DNA from: the human T2T-CHM13v2.0 reference genome, Homo sapiens
Strand: one strand, 5' to 3'
Assembly (NCBI RefSeq): GCF_009914755.1
Contig: NC_060943.1
DNA: 64,000 nucleotides
Part shown: piece after piece, positions 17,349 to 35,467 of the stretch
How the letters are laid out: every line of letters starts with the position of its first letter
Numbering within the stretch: position 1 is the first letter of the stretch
The notes under the pieces: generated by a model
What the model was told of the DNA's origin: nothing
Seen by the model: only the letters and a program-made list of their open reading frames with translations
The model's database searches: none
Position numbers and translations under genes: made by a program

Positions 17349-17398
17349 CTTTTGAAATATAGAGATCAGGTTCCCTATCTCTGAAACCTGTGCTCACT
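17349..17398 (-). other. Paralogous 50-nt micro-exon (unit at 16 kb)
   Basis: TTTAG acceptor 17399-17403, AAAAG|GTAACC donor. Confidence 0.5.
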
Positions 17399-18410
17399 CT
17401 AAAGTTGTGCACCCACACACGTGCACACACACACAGAGAACGCACCCACACAGGCAGCCATGGCTTCCTGGGGCCATGTTACCCCCTCACGCTTCTCATC
17501 CCACTCACAGTATTAGAAAGGAATGGATACCAGGCAAGCTGTTAATATCAAATTATCTTTCCCCAAGAAGATACAGATATGGTACCTAGAATTTCCAGTT
17601 TGAAAACTTCTCATGCATATGGAACCTCGAGCGCCACTGCACTCCAGCCTGCGTGACAAAGCGAGACTCTGTCTCAAAAACAAACAAACAAACAAACAAA
17701 AAACCGAGAGGCAGAGAGAGAAAATCGATTGGAACTGAAGGGAAAAATAATCTAATAAGCTCACATAGTCCCTCAGAGACCTTAAGGAAGAAAAGGCTTC
17801 CTTAGTTTTGAAAACATTCCAACTCCTCTTATATCCCTGAGGCCCAGCAAAAATCAGAAAAGACAAAGGGAAATTTACCAAATATCAAACATGGTGATAT
17901 CTTTTCTGTGTCAAGATACTGATAGATTGAGAATCCCCATGGAAAAAAAAATGAGCAAATGATAAAAATCAACTATTCAAAAAGGAAATACAAAAGGAAC
18001 TTCTGGGCCAGCTTATTTATTGTGCTGGGGTCTGTCCTGTGCATTGTACGATGTTTATCAGCTTCCCTGTTCTCTACTGACCCTCCCCAGGGTGACAGCC
18101 AACCCAGTCATTGCTCAATGTCCCCTGGGAGACAAAACCACCCCTGGGTAAGAACCGATTTTTAACATAAAAATCACAAAATATTTCCATACCTTTTATC
18201 AACTGAGAAAGGACAAGGGAAGATGAGCCTTAAAACAAACAAACAAACAAAAAAACCTATAGTCAAATATAAAAAGCACATGTGTTATGCATAACATACT
18301 ACTCAACCTTTGTATAAACCTTTGTGTAAAGAGAAGGTTTATGAGGAACTAAAATCTTATGGAGAATAGAATATAAGTGAGGATGCTATTAGGTTAAGAA
18401 CAGTTATTTC

Positions 18411-18773
18411 ATTTTATGGCTGCATAGTATTCCATGGTGTATGTCCTTTGCAGGGACATCAATAAAGCCAGAAACCATTATCCTCAGCAAACTAACATAG
18501 GAACAGAAAACCAACCACCACACATTCTCACTTATCAGTGGGAGCTGAACAATGAGAATGCATGGACACATGGAGGGGAACAACACACACTGAGGTCTGC
18601 TGGCGGGGGGGGTGGTGGGAGGGAGAGCATTAGGAAAAATACCTAATGTATGCTGAGCTTGATACCTAGGTGATGGGTTCATAGGTGCAGCAAACCATCA
18701 TGGCATACGTTTACTACCTAACAAACCTGCACATCCTGCACATGTACCCCAGAACTAAAAATTAAAATTAAAA
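18411..18773 (+). mobile_element. L1PA 3' end with short 5' inversion
   Basis: ~30-bp inverted piece then plus-strand 3'UTR; 15-bp TSD AAGAA(C/T)AGTTATTTC. Confidence 0.8.
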
Positions 18774-19054
18774 AAGAATAGTTATTTCAAAACAGCTGCA
18801 TGAATCAACATAGAAAGAAAGTCTGAAAAATCCTTATAGAAAAATATGACAGTAATAATTTACTGACATAAAGATGCACCACTAATTCACTGTGAAATCG
18901 CCTCTTGGAAATTGAAGAATATCACAGGAAAATGTTTAAAATGTGGGGAGGAAACAGTATCTAAGGTTATAATTTCGTATTATATAAACATATAAAGCTT
19001 CAAATGTTTAGGGGAGATAGATGTGAGGTTTAATCAGATGATAAGCAGCCAGAT

Positions 19055-19575
19055 TAGGACTCCAAAAGGAAAGCATGTCCCATCAAGCCCAAGGTAGCAT
19101 GTGCTGAGGAACAGTAGCAGGGGAGAAATTTACAGCTTTGTGTACCTGCTCATCAGGCAAACTTCCTCCTGTTACTCCAGCCTTGAGCACATCGTGTCCC
19201 TATGAGACATTGCTCTGCGTGGAACTTTTTTATTTTTCTTGCATTTTCTGTATCCAAGGCACCAGATTAAAAGAGAGGTGAATCCAGTTTTATTACTTCT
19301 TCACTATGGACCTGCTTGCCTTCCAGAAATGTAATCTGTTAACACTGTATCCCAACCCTGGGGGAAGGTTTTTCTCCACAGTCTAAACTGAGGAGCCTGT
19401 CTTTGATTAGATCCCTTGGATCTGCAGAGCATTGACTGTGATGGGAACACAGACATTGATATCTCCAGAGAATGACTCTTCCCCTCTTCAGCAAGGGAGT
19501 GAACTGTGTTCTCTTGATAGAAAACCATGAGTTCTGTATTGCTTGGCTTCATGATTCCTTTGGCAAAATAATGTA
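19055..19575 (-). promoter_or_regulatory. Extra partial copy of the promoter module (no exon-1 donor)
   Basis: Similar to 9680-10205 and 21595-22110. Confidence 0.5.
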
Positions 19576-19817
19576 ATTTTGCATACTTCCTTAACCATAC
19601 ATCTTTACCTACACAAAAAAATTAAATGTTATTCAGTAAAGTTAGCAGGAAAAAAAATCTTCCAATCCATTGTTTGAAAGAATGCAATCAACATAATAGT
19701 ATAAAAAACCTCAGAAACCAGAATATAAAAGCATAGAACGTGCACAATTTGCAATGGAGAAAATGAAAGCTACTAAACCCTCAGGTAGAGTATACTCAGA
19801 CTCAACAGAAAGCGAGG

Positions 19818-20559
19818 CTTAAAACTTAGATGACAGGTTGATACGTGCAGCAAACCACCATGGCACATGTATACCTCTGTAACAAACCTGCATGTTCAGC
19901 ACATGTATCCCAGAACTTAAAGTAAAATAAATAAATACATAAATAAGAAAGTCTTTGCGATAGTTTGCTGAGAATGATGGTTTCCAGCTTCATCCATGTC
20001 CCTACAAAGGACATGAACTCATCATTTTTTATGGCTGCATAGTATTCCATGGTGTGTATGTGCCACATTTTCTTAATCCAGTCTATCATTGTTGGACATT
20101 TGGCTTGGTTCCAAGTCTTTGCTATTGTGAATAGTGCCACAATAAACATACATGTGCACATGTCTTTATAGCAGCATGATTTATAATCCTTTGGGTATAT
20201 ACCCAGTAATGGGATGGCTGGGTCAAATGGTATTTCTAGTTCTAGATCCCTAAGGAATCGCCACACCGACTTCCACTATTGCAAGGACAAAAACCCAAAC
20301 ACCTCATGTTCTCACTCATAGGTGGGAACTGAACAATGAGAACACATGGACACAGGAAGGGGAACATCACACACCGGGGACTGTTGTTGGGTGGGGGTGG
20401 GGGGCGGGGAGAGCATTAGGAGATATACCTAATGCTAAATGACGAGTTAATGGGTGCAGCACACCAACATGGCACATGTATACATATGTAACAAACCTAC
20501 ACGTTGTGCACATGTACCCTAAAACTTAAAGTATAATAATAAAAAAAAAGCAGAAAAAA
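19818..20559 (+). mobile_element. Young L1PA with 5' inversion (19954-20559) inserted at the tail of an older short L1 3' end
   Basis: Minus 19954-20277, plus 20278-20559; TSD AAGAAAGTC. Confidence 0.85.
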
Positions 20560-20817
20560 AAGAAAGTCATGGCAAGTAAAAACTCTTTAGTGTTCCCATT
20601 TTGACGATAAAATAACATTTATTTTATTCAGGTGAATATTTAGCAAGAGAGAGAAGATACTGTGAAATGTCTGTCTTGTGAACTACTGTTGCAAGGTAGT
20701 ATTTGTAAGCAGCCCGTTGGTCTAGATCTTTCTAATGAATACAGAAACATGCTCCAATACACTCATCTTAATTTTAAAAATAAACCCTCAATTCATTGCA
20801 CATCCACCCACACCTAA

Positions 20818-21137
<320 letters not shown>

Positions 21138-21339
21138 CCTTTCCTACTTCTTTAACTGCAAACCTCCTAGGTTCTAACTTCACTGGAACCACTTTATGTC
21201 TTCCATTCCTTCTTCAATCTCATCCAATTGAACCTCCATATCCCTCAATTAATTGTCAACAACAATCCCTGCATTGCTGAGTCTTACAGACACATTTTAA
21301 CATATAAAATAAATAAATTATAAATTAGTCAACCAGGCA

Positions 21340-22140
21340 AACAAACACACATGAATCTCTCACCTGGCTTGATACTAGGTGACCTCAGGTAAACATTCTT
21401 GGCTTCCATTCTCTTTGAACATTTCCTGCAGTACTTTCTGGGGTCTCAGACGCACCTGTATGGGGTCTCAGAGATGAAGGTCTCTGTGTGGAAGTTGAAA
21501 TTCCTCCCTGGGTAGTTGATGATGCAGACTGAAGCTCTGTCTCCAGACAGACAGAAGGGAAGAGTTAAGCATCAGCCACACAGCCAGACTTAGGACTACA
21601 AAAGAATCAACCACATCCCATCCAGCCCAGGGTTGTCTAATCCCAGAGACAATAGCAGATGAAATATTTACAGCTCCTAATATCTGCTAGCGAGATATAT
21701 TTCCCTGTTGCTACTCTAAGCCTGGAGCACCTGATTTCCCTGTGGAACACTGATGTGGAAAGAAAGAACAATTTCCTGCTGATTCTCTGTTCCCAAGAGA
21801 ATCAAGTTAGAAGTCATGTGAATCCAGTCTTCATTACTCCTTCTCTTTGAACTCTGTACCTTCCAGAGGTCTAAGTGCCATTGCACCTTTTCACAGCCCT
21901 CAATTAAAATGTTATCCAAAGTGTAAGGCTGAGTACATGGTCTTTACTAGATCCCTTGGATATTCAAATCATTGACTTGTGGTTGGAACACAGCTGCCGA
22001 CATCTCCAGACCAACGCTCTTTCCTCATCAAAAGGGAGAGAACTGTGTTTATTTGTCATAAAGCCACGGGTATTTACTACAGTCCTTGGCTTCCTGATGC
22101 TTTTGACAAAGCAATGAGCAGTTTCTTGCTTGTAAACACA
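21340..22140 (-). promoter_or_regulatory. Paralogous promoter/exon-1 module (unit at 16 kb)
   Basis: Colinear similarity to 9450-10210; donor CAG|GTGCGT at 21450-21455. Confidence 0.55.
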
Positions 22141-22494
22141 CAAGCATCAAAGTACAACTTATCATTCAGTCCTTCCTTTATAAAACATTTGGTAATCATA
22201 AGAGATATACTTAAACCTTTGTAGACATCATGGAATAAGTTAAAATCTTATATGGTTTGTCTCATTTAATATCACATGTAATGTGTCTCATTTTTATACA
22301 TCTTTGTTCTATGAGGTCCAACGATTAGACGCCTCTTTCTGCACTTTTAGGATTTTGGTTAAGGTGAGTTAGTGACCTGCCCAAAGTTATGAACCAAGTA
22401 AGGGAAGGGATTTGATCAGAATGCCATCCAAATGTTTCCAGTTGTCACATCTAGGTTACTGACTTTTCTTTTCTTTACTTTTTTCTTTTCTATT

Positions 22495-22802
22495 TTCTTT
22501 CTTTTTTTTTTTTTTTTTGAGACAGAGTTTCACTCTTGTCACCCAGGCTGGAGTGCAATGGTGCGATCTCTGCTCACTGAAATCTCTGCCTCCTGGGTTA
22601 AAGTAGTTTTCCTGCCTCAGCCTCCAGGGTAGCTAGGATTACAGGCATGTGCCACCATGCCTGGGTAATTTTTGTATTTTTAGAAGAGACAGGGTTTCAC
22701 CATGTTGGGTAGACTGGTCTCCAACTCCTGACCTCAAATGATCCACCCACCTCAGCCTCCCAAAGCGCTAGGACTACAGGCATGAGCCACCGTACCGGGC
22801 CA
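22495..22802 (-). mobile_element. AluS
   Basis: Full dimer. Confidence 0.9.
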
Positions 22803-22804
22803 GG

Positions 22805-23185
22805 TTGCTGATTTTCAACCAGGGGTGTTTGTGCTCCAGGAATATTAGGAAATGTTTGGATACACTTTTGGTTGTCACATGTGGGGAAGTGCTACTTACT
22901 GGCACATTGTAGATTGAAGCCGGGGAAGCTGCCCAACAACCTACAATGCACAGGACAGCCCACAGCAGAAAGAATTAATGCAAACAAATGTGGACACTGG
23001 GGAGGCTGAGACTATTCCAGTCCAGAACTTCCCTAATTTCACTGTATATATGAATCACCTAGGGTTCTTGTTCAAATGTCGATTCTAATTTCAGACATCT
23101 AGGACTGGTCCCAACATTTTATACTTTTGACAGTTTTCCTGTTGGTGTTGATGCTATTCATCCTGTTCTGCGGAACACTCTTTGG
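22805..23185. mobile_element. MER20 followed by MER5A-like hAT-Charlie DNA transposon remnants
   Basis: Typical MER20 (TTTTGGTTGTCAC, CCTACAATGCACAGGACAGCCC) and MER5A (GAATCACCTAGGG...) wording. Confidence 0.55.
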
Positions 23186-24239
23186 GGATCGAGGCTGTGG
23201 TCAGTGTTAAAGGCAGGTATACATATTTTGAGGCTTTTTCTACCAAGAATCCTACCCTGCTCCTCATGTCTGGTTTAGGAGGTCAAATGTTGGACTCGGT
23301 AGCTCAGCTTTTGCATAATCGAGTTTACTTACGCGTAAGTCTTGAACACTTACGGAATGACAGGAAATGAAACTTCTAGAAGTTCCACTTACCTTATGAA
23401 GTTTAGGTGAGAAGGAGTAAGACTTCAAAGCCCATTGGAAGTTACTTGGCGCAGAGCAGGTGTTCAATGGATAGCAGATATTTGGACCATGTCCTAGTTT
23501 CCCAGTTACTCTGCTCATTGTGACACCAGAAAGGTTTCTTGCTACAGTCTAGCACTGTCCTGCTTTGAGGAGACAGCAAGTTGTGATCATGAAGGGAGAC
23601 CTCCTTCCAGGGCCCTGCACAAGGAGGAGAGTGCCTGAGAGTCTATCATTCTATGCTTTGTTGACATAAAATCATTCATCATTGTCTCTGTCACCCTCAT
23701 GCTGGCTCCAAATACTCACAGTAGATATGTCTGACTCTTTAACTATCTTCTACTTTTGAGAATATCTGTAAAGCTGATGTTTCTTAGTGTATCAAATTAT
23801 CCACCTAATCTTCTAGGAGCTCCTCCAACTCTTCATGGAAATCTTATCTTCCTGGCTTCTAGGTGATAGCATGTAATTCATACATATTTAATGTATACTG
23901 AAGTATAAAATGCTTGCATGTCTGTTTTTCTCCCAGTAGATAATTATTTTCCACTTATTTATTAACTCTTAGATAATTAGACACCTCTTTCTGTATTTTT
24001 GTGTTGCCTTTCTATGTTGCCTTTAGGAGGATCAGTCTTCTCCACCTTTGGCTCTGGATTTTGATGATGCCTCAACTGGGAGAAGTGTAACACCTACGAT
24101 GATTGAGACATTCTTTGTCTGATAGGATGTGAGTGGTCATGAGATGTTCAATCTGTGAGAAGAAGCTGTAAGAGGCATTGTGAGATGACACCACTTCTGT
24201 TGCTCTTCCTCTTTCAAATTGTCCTTGCTCTATTATTTA

Positions 24240-24918
24240 AAAGTCCAATAATAACAAATGCTGGTGAGAGTCTGGAGAAAAGGAAATACTTCCACACTGC
24301 TTTTGGGAATGTAGATTAGTTCAGCCATTGTGGAAAGCAGTTTCACAGTTCTCAAAGACCTTAAAACAGGATTACCACTTCACTCAGAAATTCTATTATT
24401 GGATATATACCCAAAGGAATGTAAATCATTCTACTATAAAGACATATGCATACATATGTTCATCACAGCACTATTCACAATAGCAAAGACATGGAATCAA
24501 CCTGAATGTCCATCAATAGTAGACCGAATAAAGAAGATGTGGTACTATACAACATAGAATACTACAGAGTCATCAAAAAGAATGAGACTGTGTCCTTTGC
24601 AACAACGTGGTTGGAGCTGGAGGCCATAATTCTTAGCAAACTAACGTAGGAACAGAAAACCAAATACCACATATTCTCATTTACAAGTGGGAGCTAAATA
24701 ATGAGAACACATGGACACAAAGAGGGGAACAACAGATACTGGGGCCTCCTTGAGTGTTGAGGGTGGTAGGAGGGTTAGGATAAAAAAAACTATGTATCAG
24801 GTATGCTTATTAAGCGGGTGACAAAATACTCTGTACACCAAACCCTCACAACAAACAGTTGGCTTATATAGCAAACCTGCACATGTACCCCTGAACCTAA
24901 AATAAAAGTTAAAAAAAG
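24240..24918 (+). mobile_element. L1PA/PB 3' end
   Basis: ORF2 C-terminus, 3'UTR and A tail; ATTGTCCTT(G/A)CT flanks. Confidence 0.8.
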
Positions 24919-25750
24919 ATTGTCCTTACTGCCCAACATTCAAGAGCTAATTAAGCTTGGATAGTCCTATGGCTGAATATTTTTGTCTTGTCCAGGATAT
25001 ATATGTCCTAATCCCCAATGAGAAAACTTCCACAATGTAGACTCTGATGTGATTTTTTAAAAGCATGACTTTAAATCATTTATTATTGGGATGTTTTGTT
25101 ACACAACATTAGATTACTGATACAATAATCAAAGCAACATAACTAAAGATATTCAGAATTATCTTTTTTTAGGTGTCAGATCCTTTTGTTTTTTAGTTTT
25201 TTATTGGATTCACTGTATACAGAATATTCTGTTGGCTCTTTTTTTTTGGTGCTTTTTCTGATATCAGAAAGCAGTGTTCATAATTATATGGATATTTATA
25301 TTTACTTCACATAACTGTATCATAGGATGACTACTTTTAGATTTCCTCTAGGTAACCAGAAGAGTTTGGCAGGACATGTATATTTTTGCTGAAACAAATT
25401 GCAACCTGGAATCTCAAGTCTCTAATCTCACATGCAATACTGGGAAGAAATTCAAGCTCTTATGTGAGTCATCATTAGAGAGTTTGGAGTATAAAAGAGA
25501 TAAAGCAAGCGATGATACAGTAAATACACATATCCTTCACTTACCTCCAGTTTAATGCTTGTGACATAATTTATTAAAGGGAGTGATAGTTTTAGAACAA
25601 TGCAAGAAGTCATATTTGTAGCACTGGAAACTTTTAATCAGAAACAGAAAGATGATGCAATCAAATAATGTAGATCATGACACCAAATCCTTTACCTAAA
25701 TGAACAAACCTCATTACCCATGGACAACAAGCTTCCACCCTTTAATGAGT

Positions 25751-26104
25751 TGTATTAGTCCGTTTTCACACTGCTGATAAAGACATACCCAAGACTGGGT
25801 AATTTATAAAGAAAAAGAAGTTTAATGGACTCACAGTTCCACGTGGCTGGGGAGGCCTCACAATCACAGCAGAAGGCAAAAGGCATGTCTTGCATGGCGG
25901 CGGGCAAGAGAGCATATGCAGGGGAACTCCCCTTTATAAAACCATCAGATCTCATGAGACTTATTCACTGCCATGTGAACAGCATGGGAAAGACCTGCCC
26001 CAATGATTCAATTACCTCCCACCGGGTCCCTCCCATGACACAAGGAAATTATGGGAGCTACAATCAAGGTGAGATTTGGGTGGAGACACAGACAAACCAT
26101 ATCA
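25751..26104 (-). mobile_element. THE1 (MaLR) solo LTR
   Basis: TGTATTAGTCCG...AAACCATATCA. Confidence 0.85.
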
Positions 26105-26840
26105 CACACCATCAAAAACAAATCTTCCACGATAATCACTGCATGACTGAAAATTTTAGTCCATCATATTTAAGGTCGTCTCTGAATCTGAGGCCATATG
26201 AAGTCAATTGATTCATGCAAATGTGTCTTTCTGTGTAGACTACACTAGGAACATGTATGTTATAAGTAATATTCGCCTTCCTCCTCTTTACCAGGGAATA
26301 TAGTAGGCAGTGTAGACACTGAGCTGGATAGCAGACAGGATCCTAATGAGGAGAATAAAATGCCATGATGATTATAAACACACCAGCTGGTCAAGTTTAC
26401 ATAATCAGGAAGAACAGTAAAGGTAGTAAGAAATGAAGGACTCAGAAGTAAAAAACTGTGATCTCAGATATTCATCTATAATATGATTATACCAATGACC
26501 TTACATTTGCCAAGTGCAATTGATTTTTTAGGACTGATACAACTCTCTAGTGTATTAGACAAATAGGAATCTCCAAAAGTGTTTTACCCTAGTTTGGAAA
26601 TAACTATGGGAAATTAGGAAAATGACAAACAAAAAGTAAGTTGGATATCAGAGCAGAAAGCTTTCTAAAGAAATAGCATAAGTCTGACACAGCACTTGAG
26701 AACAAGGAAATTAAAACTCTAGAAACTGAATAGAAGCAGAACATTCTCTTTCCCTCCTTCCATGATCTGATTTGTGAATCACAATGTTTGAGTTCGGTTA
26801 GAGCTTTGAAATCACATGTACTTCTTGAAAGATGCTCATT

Positions 26841-27770
26841 TTATTTCTTCCTTCTGAAGAATTGTTTTAGAGCCCCCTTTATGTCTTTATTCCTCAGACT
26901 GTAGATGAAGGGGTTCAGCATGGGGGTGACCACAGTGTACATCACTGAGGCTGTTGCACTTGAGAGTGAGTTGCGGGTTGCAGCAGAACTAAGGTACATT
27001 CCTAGGCTTGTACCATAAAACAAGGAGACAACTGAGAGGTGCGATGCACAGGTGGAAAATGCCTTGTACTTCCCCTGAGCTGATGAGATTGCACGTATGG
27101 AGGAAACTGTCTTAAAGTAAGAGTACAGGATCCCAGTGAAACATCCCCTACCTAGAAGCACAGCTGACAAATACATCACCATGTCATTAAGAAAGGTGTC
27201 AGAACAGGCACTGCGGATTATCTGATTAAGTTCACAGAAAAAGTGGGGGATTTTCAAGTCTGTACAAAAGAGCAGTGGCAACACCATTAAGCTTTCTATC
27301 AAGGAATTCAGGGCACTCATGATCCAGGACGCCAGAACCAGCAGTCCACAGAGCCGAGGGTTCACGATGACCGTGTAGTGCAGGGGGTGACAGATGGCCA
27401 CAAACTGGTCATAGGCCATCACGGTCAAGAGTAAGCTGTCCAACACTATAAAGAGTACAAAAAAGTACATCTGGGTGATGCAACCTGCATAGGTGATGAC
27501 TTTGCTCTGTGTCCGGATGTTTGACAGTGTCTTTGGGACTGTGGTGGAGGTAACACAGATGTCTACAAAGGACAGGTTAGAGAGGAAGAAGTACATGGGG
27601 GTGTGGAGGTGGGAACCAGAGCAGATGGCCAGGATGATGAGCAGGTTTCCAAACACAGTTGTCAGATACATGGAGAGGAAGAGTCCAAACATAACGGGCT
27701 GCAATTCTGGTTCCTCTGAAAGTCCCAGAAGAAGAAATCCTAAAATCCTCGTACCATTCTCTGGTTCCAT
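26841..27770 (-). pseudogene. OR7A3P: OR7A gene with uninterrupted 309-aa ORF but MAYDQF (R->Q in DRY motif); probably the OR7A3P locus; functional status uncertain
   Basis: MEPENGT...QFFRRKK, no stop or frameshift, same length as OR7A17; symbol from recalled cluster order. Confidence 0.7.
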
Positions 27771-29199
27771 GTGGTTGAGGTGACTACCAGTCAGAGAAAG
27801 AGAACATGACCAATTTTTACTCAAAAGGGCATCACTCACATTGCTGAAAGACAACCAGTTATATTTTGCAGCCAAGACATTAATTTCTATATTTTGTGTA
27901 TGGAACTTTTCCCAGTTTCTGTGCTCCTCAGAGCTGTCTCTGATTGAAAATTCTTGTGCTATTCTCAACCTTTCCCTAAGAGGTTGTATATTCTTTAATG
28001 AGAAATTCTTCTACGCACTTGTGTAATATTGATTGTATGCTGACCATGTTCCAGGAACTGTCTAGGTAATGAGTGTAGGGTGCAGAGAAACTGATAACCT
28101 TACTATCCAATGATGGAGAAAGACAATGAGCTGATAAAGACATCATCATCTGTTGCGTTAGATGGTGCTTAGAAGAAAATGAAAGCACATTAAAGAGAAT
28201 GGAGAGGGGTTGCTATTTTTTATGAGTGTACAGGCAAGACCAGCAGACAAGGTGACATTTGAACAGAGACCTCAAGGAAGAGGCGGTTGGGAGCCCAGAG
28301 GATATTTGGCGAAGTCTGTGCCTGACAGAGGGAATGACTAATGCAAAGGCCTGAGGAAGATGCTTGTTTCGGAAAATCAAGGCTCAAATAGAAGCCAGCG
28401 TGTTGAGGGCAATGAGAAGGAGGGAGAGTGATCAGAGATGGTGTCAGGAGTATTGAGGAACCAGGTGGTCTCCCTGCTGCTGTTGAAACTTCAAGACACT
28501 GACAGCCTCGTCTCCCCATGTGGTTCTGAGCCCTCTATTAATGTGGCCCCCTAAGGACGTAAACAGGGCAGCAAATTCCAGCCCAAAAGCTTCCCATGCA
28601 CATGTAAATGTGGGGCTCCATTTTATATCATCACTTTGTGCCTGGTATTTAACAAAATACATGAGAATTTGCTGAATAAACAAAGAGATGCATGAAATAG
28701 GCATGATGTACACAGGTGGTTGATGAGAGACTGTGACGAAAACAGCTTCCTCGTTTCTGGCAATGTTCAATCCTGGTTATAGACCCCGATGCCCAGAATA
28801 ATTCATAATTAATAAAAGTGATATCTTTATAGGGTCAAGACATCTTACAGATTGAAGACCCCAAGAGAAAATGAAGAAAGGGAATAAACCCACACTTCAC
28901 AAAAGGAATCACACAAAGTCCAACAAAAGCGGGGGGCGGTTAAAGATGCAATTGTGAAAGACATGTGTAAATTGTAGTAAATGCAAAGCAATGTATGTAA
29001 AAAACTTGGCATGTCTCATTTTTGTTCTTAAATGAATGGTTATCACTGGTGATGAGATGAGACTGATGTTGCTCTTCCACCTCTCATTTACCTGTTTTGT
29101 AATGTGAAACATCTATCATCACAAAAAAAAGTTTGGAGTTTTGCATCTACTCTGTACCTGCTGTTGGACCTTGAAAAGCCTATAAAGTCATTCTAAATT

Positions 29200-32120
<2,921 letters not shown>

Positions 32121-32214
32121 TTTGTAAACTTAAGATGATCCTTATAAGGTGCTAATCTCAGGGCAGCTTGCATAAAAGGGTCTTAATATATCTCATAATT
32201 ACCAAATGTTTTAT

Positions 32215-33480
32215 ACTTGGAGGATAAAATAATAGTTCTTAACCTGGGTTATAAGTATGAAATGTCTCATTGTTCTGGCTAAAGCATGATGCAATCAGAC
32301 AAGTAGTAACCACGCTTTTAAATCAAGAGAACACAGTTCACCTCTTGCTGAAGAGGGGAATAGCAATTTTCCAGAGATATCAAGGGCTGTGCTCCCAGCA
32401 AAAGTCAATGCTTTGTAGATCTAAGGGACCTAGCCAAAACAGCTTCCTTTGTTTCGACTTTGGAGAAAATGTTCCCTCAGGGTTATGGTAATATAAGAGG
32501 AGGTTAGAACTCTGGAACTCAGGCCAGTCGATAGAGAAGGAGAAATAAAGGCTGGATGCACCTCATGTTTAATCAGGTGTCTTGGGAACAGAGGATGCAG
32601 GAACAAATATATATATATATATATATATATACAAAAAAAATATATAAATATATATAAACAAAAATATATAAATATAAATAAATAAATATATATATCTATA
32701 TATATACACACACACACACTATATACTATATACACACACATATATCTTTCAGTGCCAGGCAATGTCCTATGGGGATGTGAGTGGTCAGGGTTGGAATAAC
32801 AGGAGGAAATGTGCCAAATGAACAGATATACAAAGCTCTAAATATCTCCTCTGCGTTGGCCCTCAGCAAATGCAACCTTGGCCTGAATGGGACATGCTTG
32901 TTTCTTTTGGAGTCCTCCGACTTGGGGACTGATGCTTTGCTTTCTGCTGCTGTCTGGTCTCAGGACAGCTTCCGTCTCCATCATCAACAATCCAGGGAGG
33001 AATTTGCACCTCCTCATGGAGGCCTTCCTTTCAGAAAACTCAGCAAGGTGAGTCCAATAGCCTCAGCTGGTACCAGTAGGTACCGTAGGAAATGTAGCTA
33101 ACTACTATACACTTGACCTTACCTAGGTTTTTTTTTGTTTTGTTTTGTTTTTTTCTGTTGAGAACACTTAAAATCTACTTCTTAGGCCAGGTGCGGTGGC
33201 TCACACCTGTAATCCCAGCACTTTGGGAGGCCAAGGCAGTTGAATCACCTGAGGTCAGGAGTTCGAGACCAGCCTTGCCAACATGGTGAAGCCCACCACC
33301 GTCTACTAAAAATACAAAAATTAGCTGGGGCGTGGTAATGTGCGCCTGTAATCTCAGCTACTCGGGAGGCTGAGGCGGTACCAGTAGGTACCATAGGAAA
33401 GGGTCAGAGAGAATGGCAGCTATGACCATGGACCTGAGGTCACCTGAGAGCCAGTCTAGACTAGCCCTGAGCAGAGAAAC
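32215..33480 (+). promoter_or_regulatory. Paralogous promoter/exon-1 module (unit at 40 kb)
   Basis: Reverse-complement similarity to 9450-10210; TCCCTCAGGG, TCCTATGGGGA; donor AAG|GTGAGT 33048-33053; interrupted by AT-rich repeat and a templated insertion. Confidence 0.55.
32606..32746. repeat. Complex (TA)n/(CA)n low-complexity repeat
   Basis: Directly visible; replaces a short A-rich linker present in paralogous promoter modules. Confidence 0.9.
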
Positions 33481-34049
33481 TTCTGCGATCATTTGTCTGC
33501 TTGCTTGATTCATTTATTCATGTATTTGTTTATGATACTAAAAAGAAAAGTGAATATTGAGCTCAGAATTGAAGAGTGATTATTGAAAGTTAAGTAAGGG
33601 TAACGGAAGCCCAGTTGGAAGGGGACATGGGAGATTTAAAGTGGCTCCAGTAAAAGTAGAACATTTGCCCTAGCATTTTTGCAATTAAATGGAGAAGAGA
33701 ACTAGGCTATTAGCTGTGAAGGGAGATACACTGAAGTGAGGGCGTGCCTTTTTTAGGTTTAAGAAGAGACATATTTGAGGATGTTTTCACATTGATGAGA
33801 AAGGTCTAAACCAATGAATTGCTTCCAAATGCTACCTGACCACAGCAGTTTATGAGACAAACATCTTGCAGTGTCTTCTCTCATGCTGTTCATTCAAATG
33901 AAAGTTTAGAAGTTATTCAGTAAATGAAAAGTGATATACTAACAACACTAACTTTGCAATTCTCTCCTCACTTGTGAGGCTAAATATATTTCTGTGTTTG
34001 TTAGACATTTACCAACTCTATTGCAAATTATCTGTGCATGTTCTGTGCT

Positions 34050-35467
<1,418 letters not shown>

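Noticed and set aside
23327-23340. Perfect 14-bp palindrome ACTTACGCGTAAGT
   Set aside because: A 7-bp-arm palindrome is expected by chance a few times in 64 kb; no supporting context
27771-27968. 66-aa N-terminal extension of the 375-aa ORF
   Set aside because: Begins at a non-ATG codon and crosses the conserved splice acceptor; paralogues start at MEPEN
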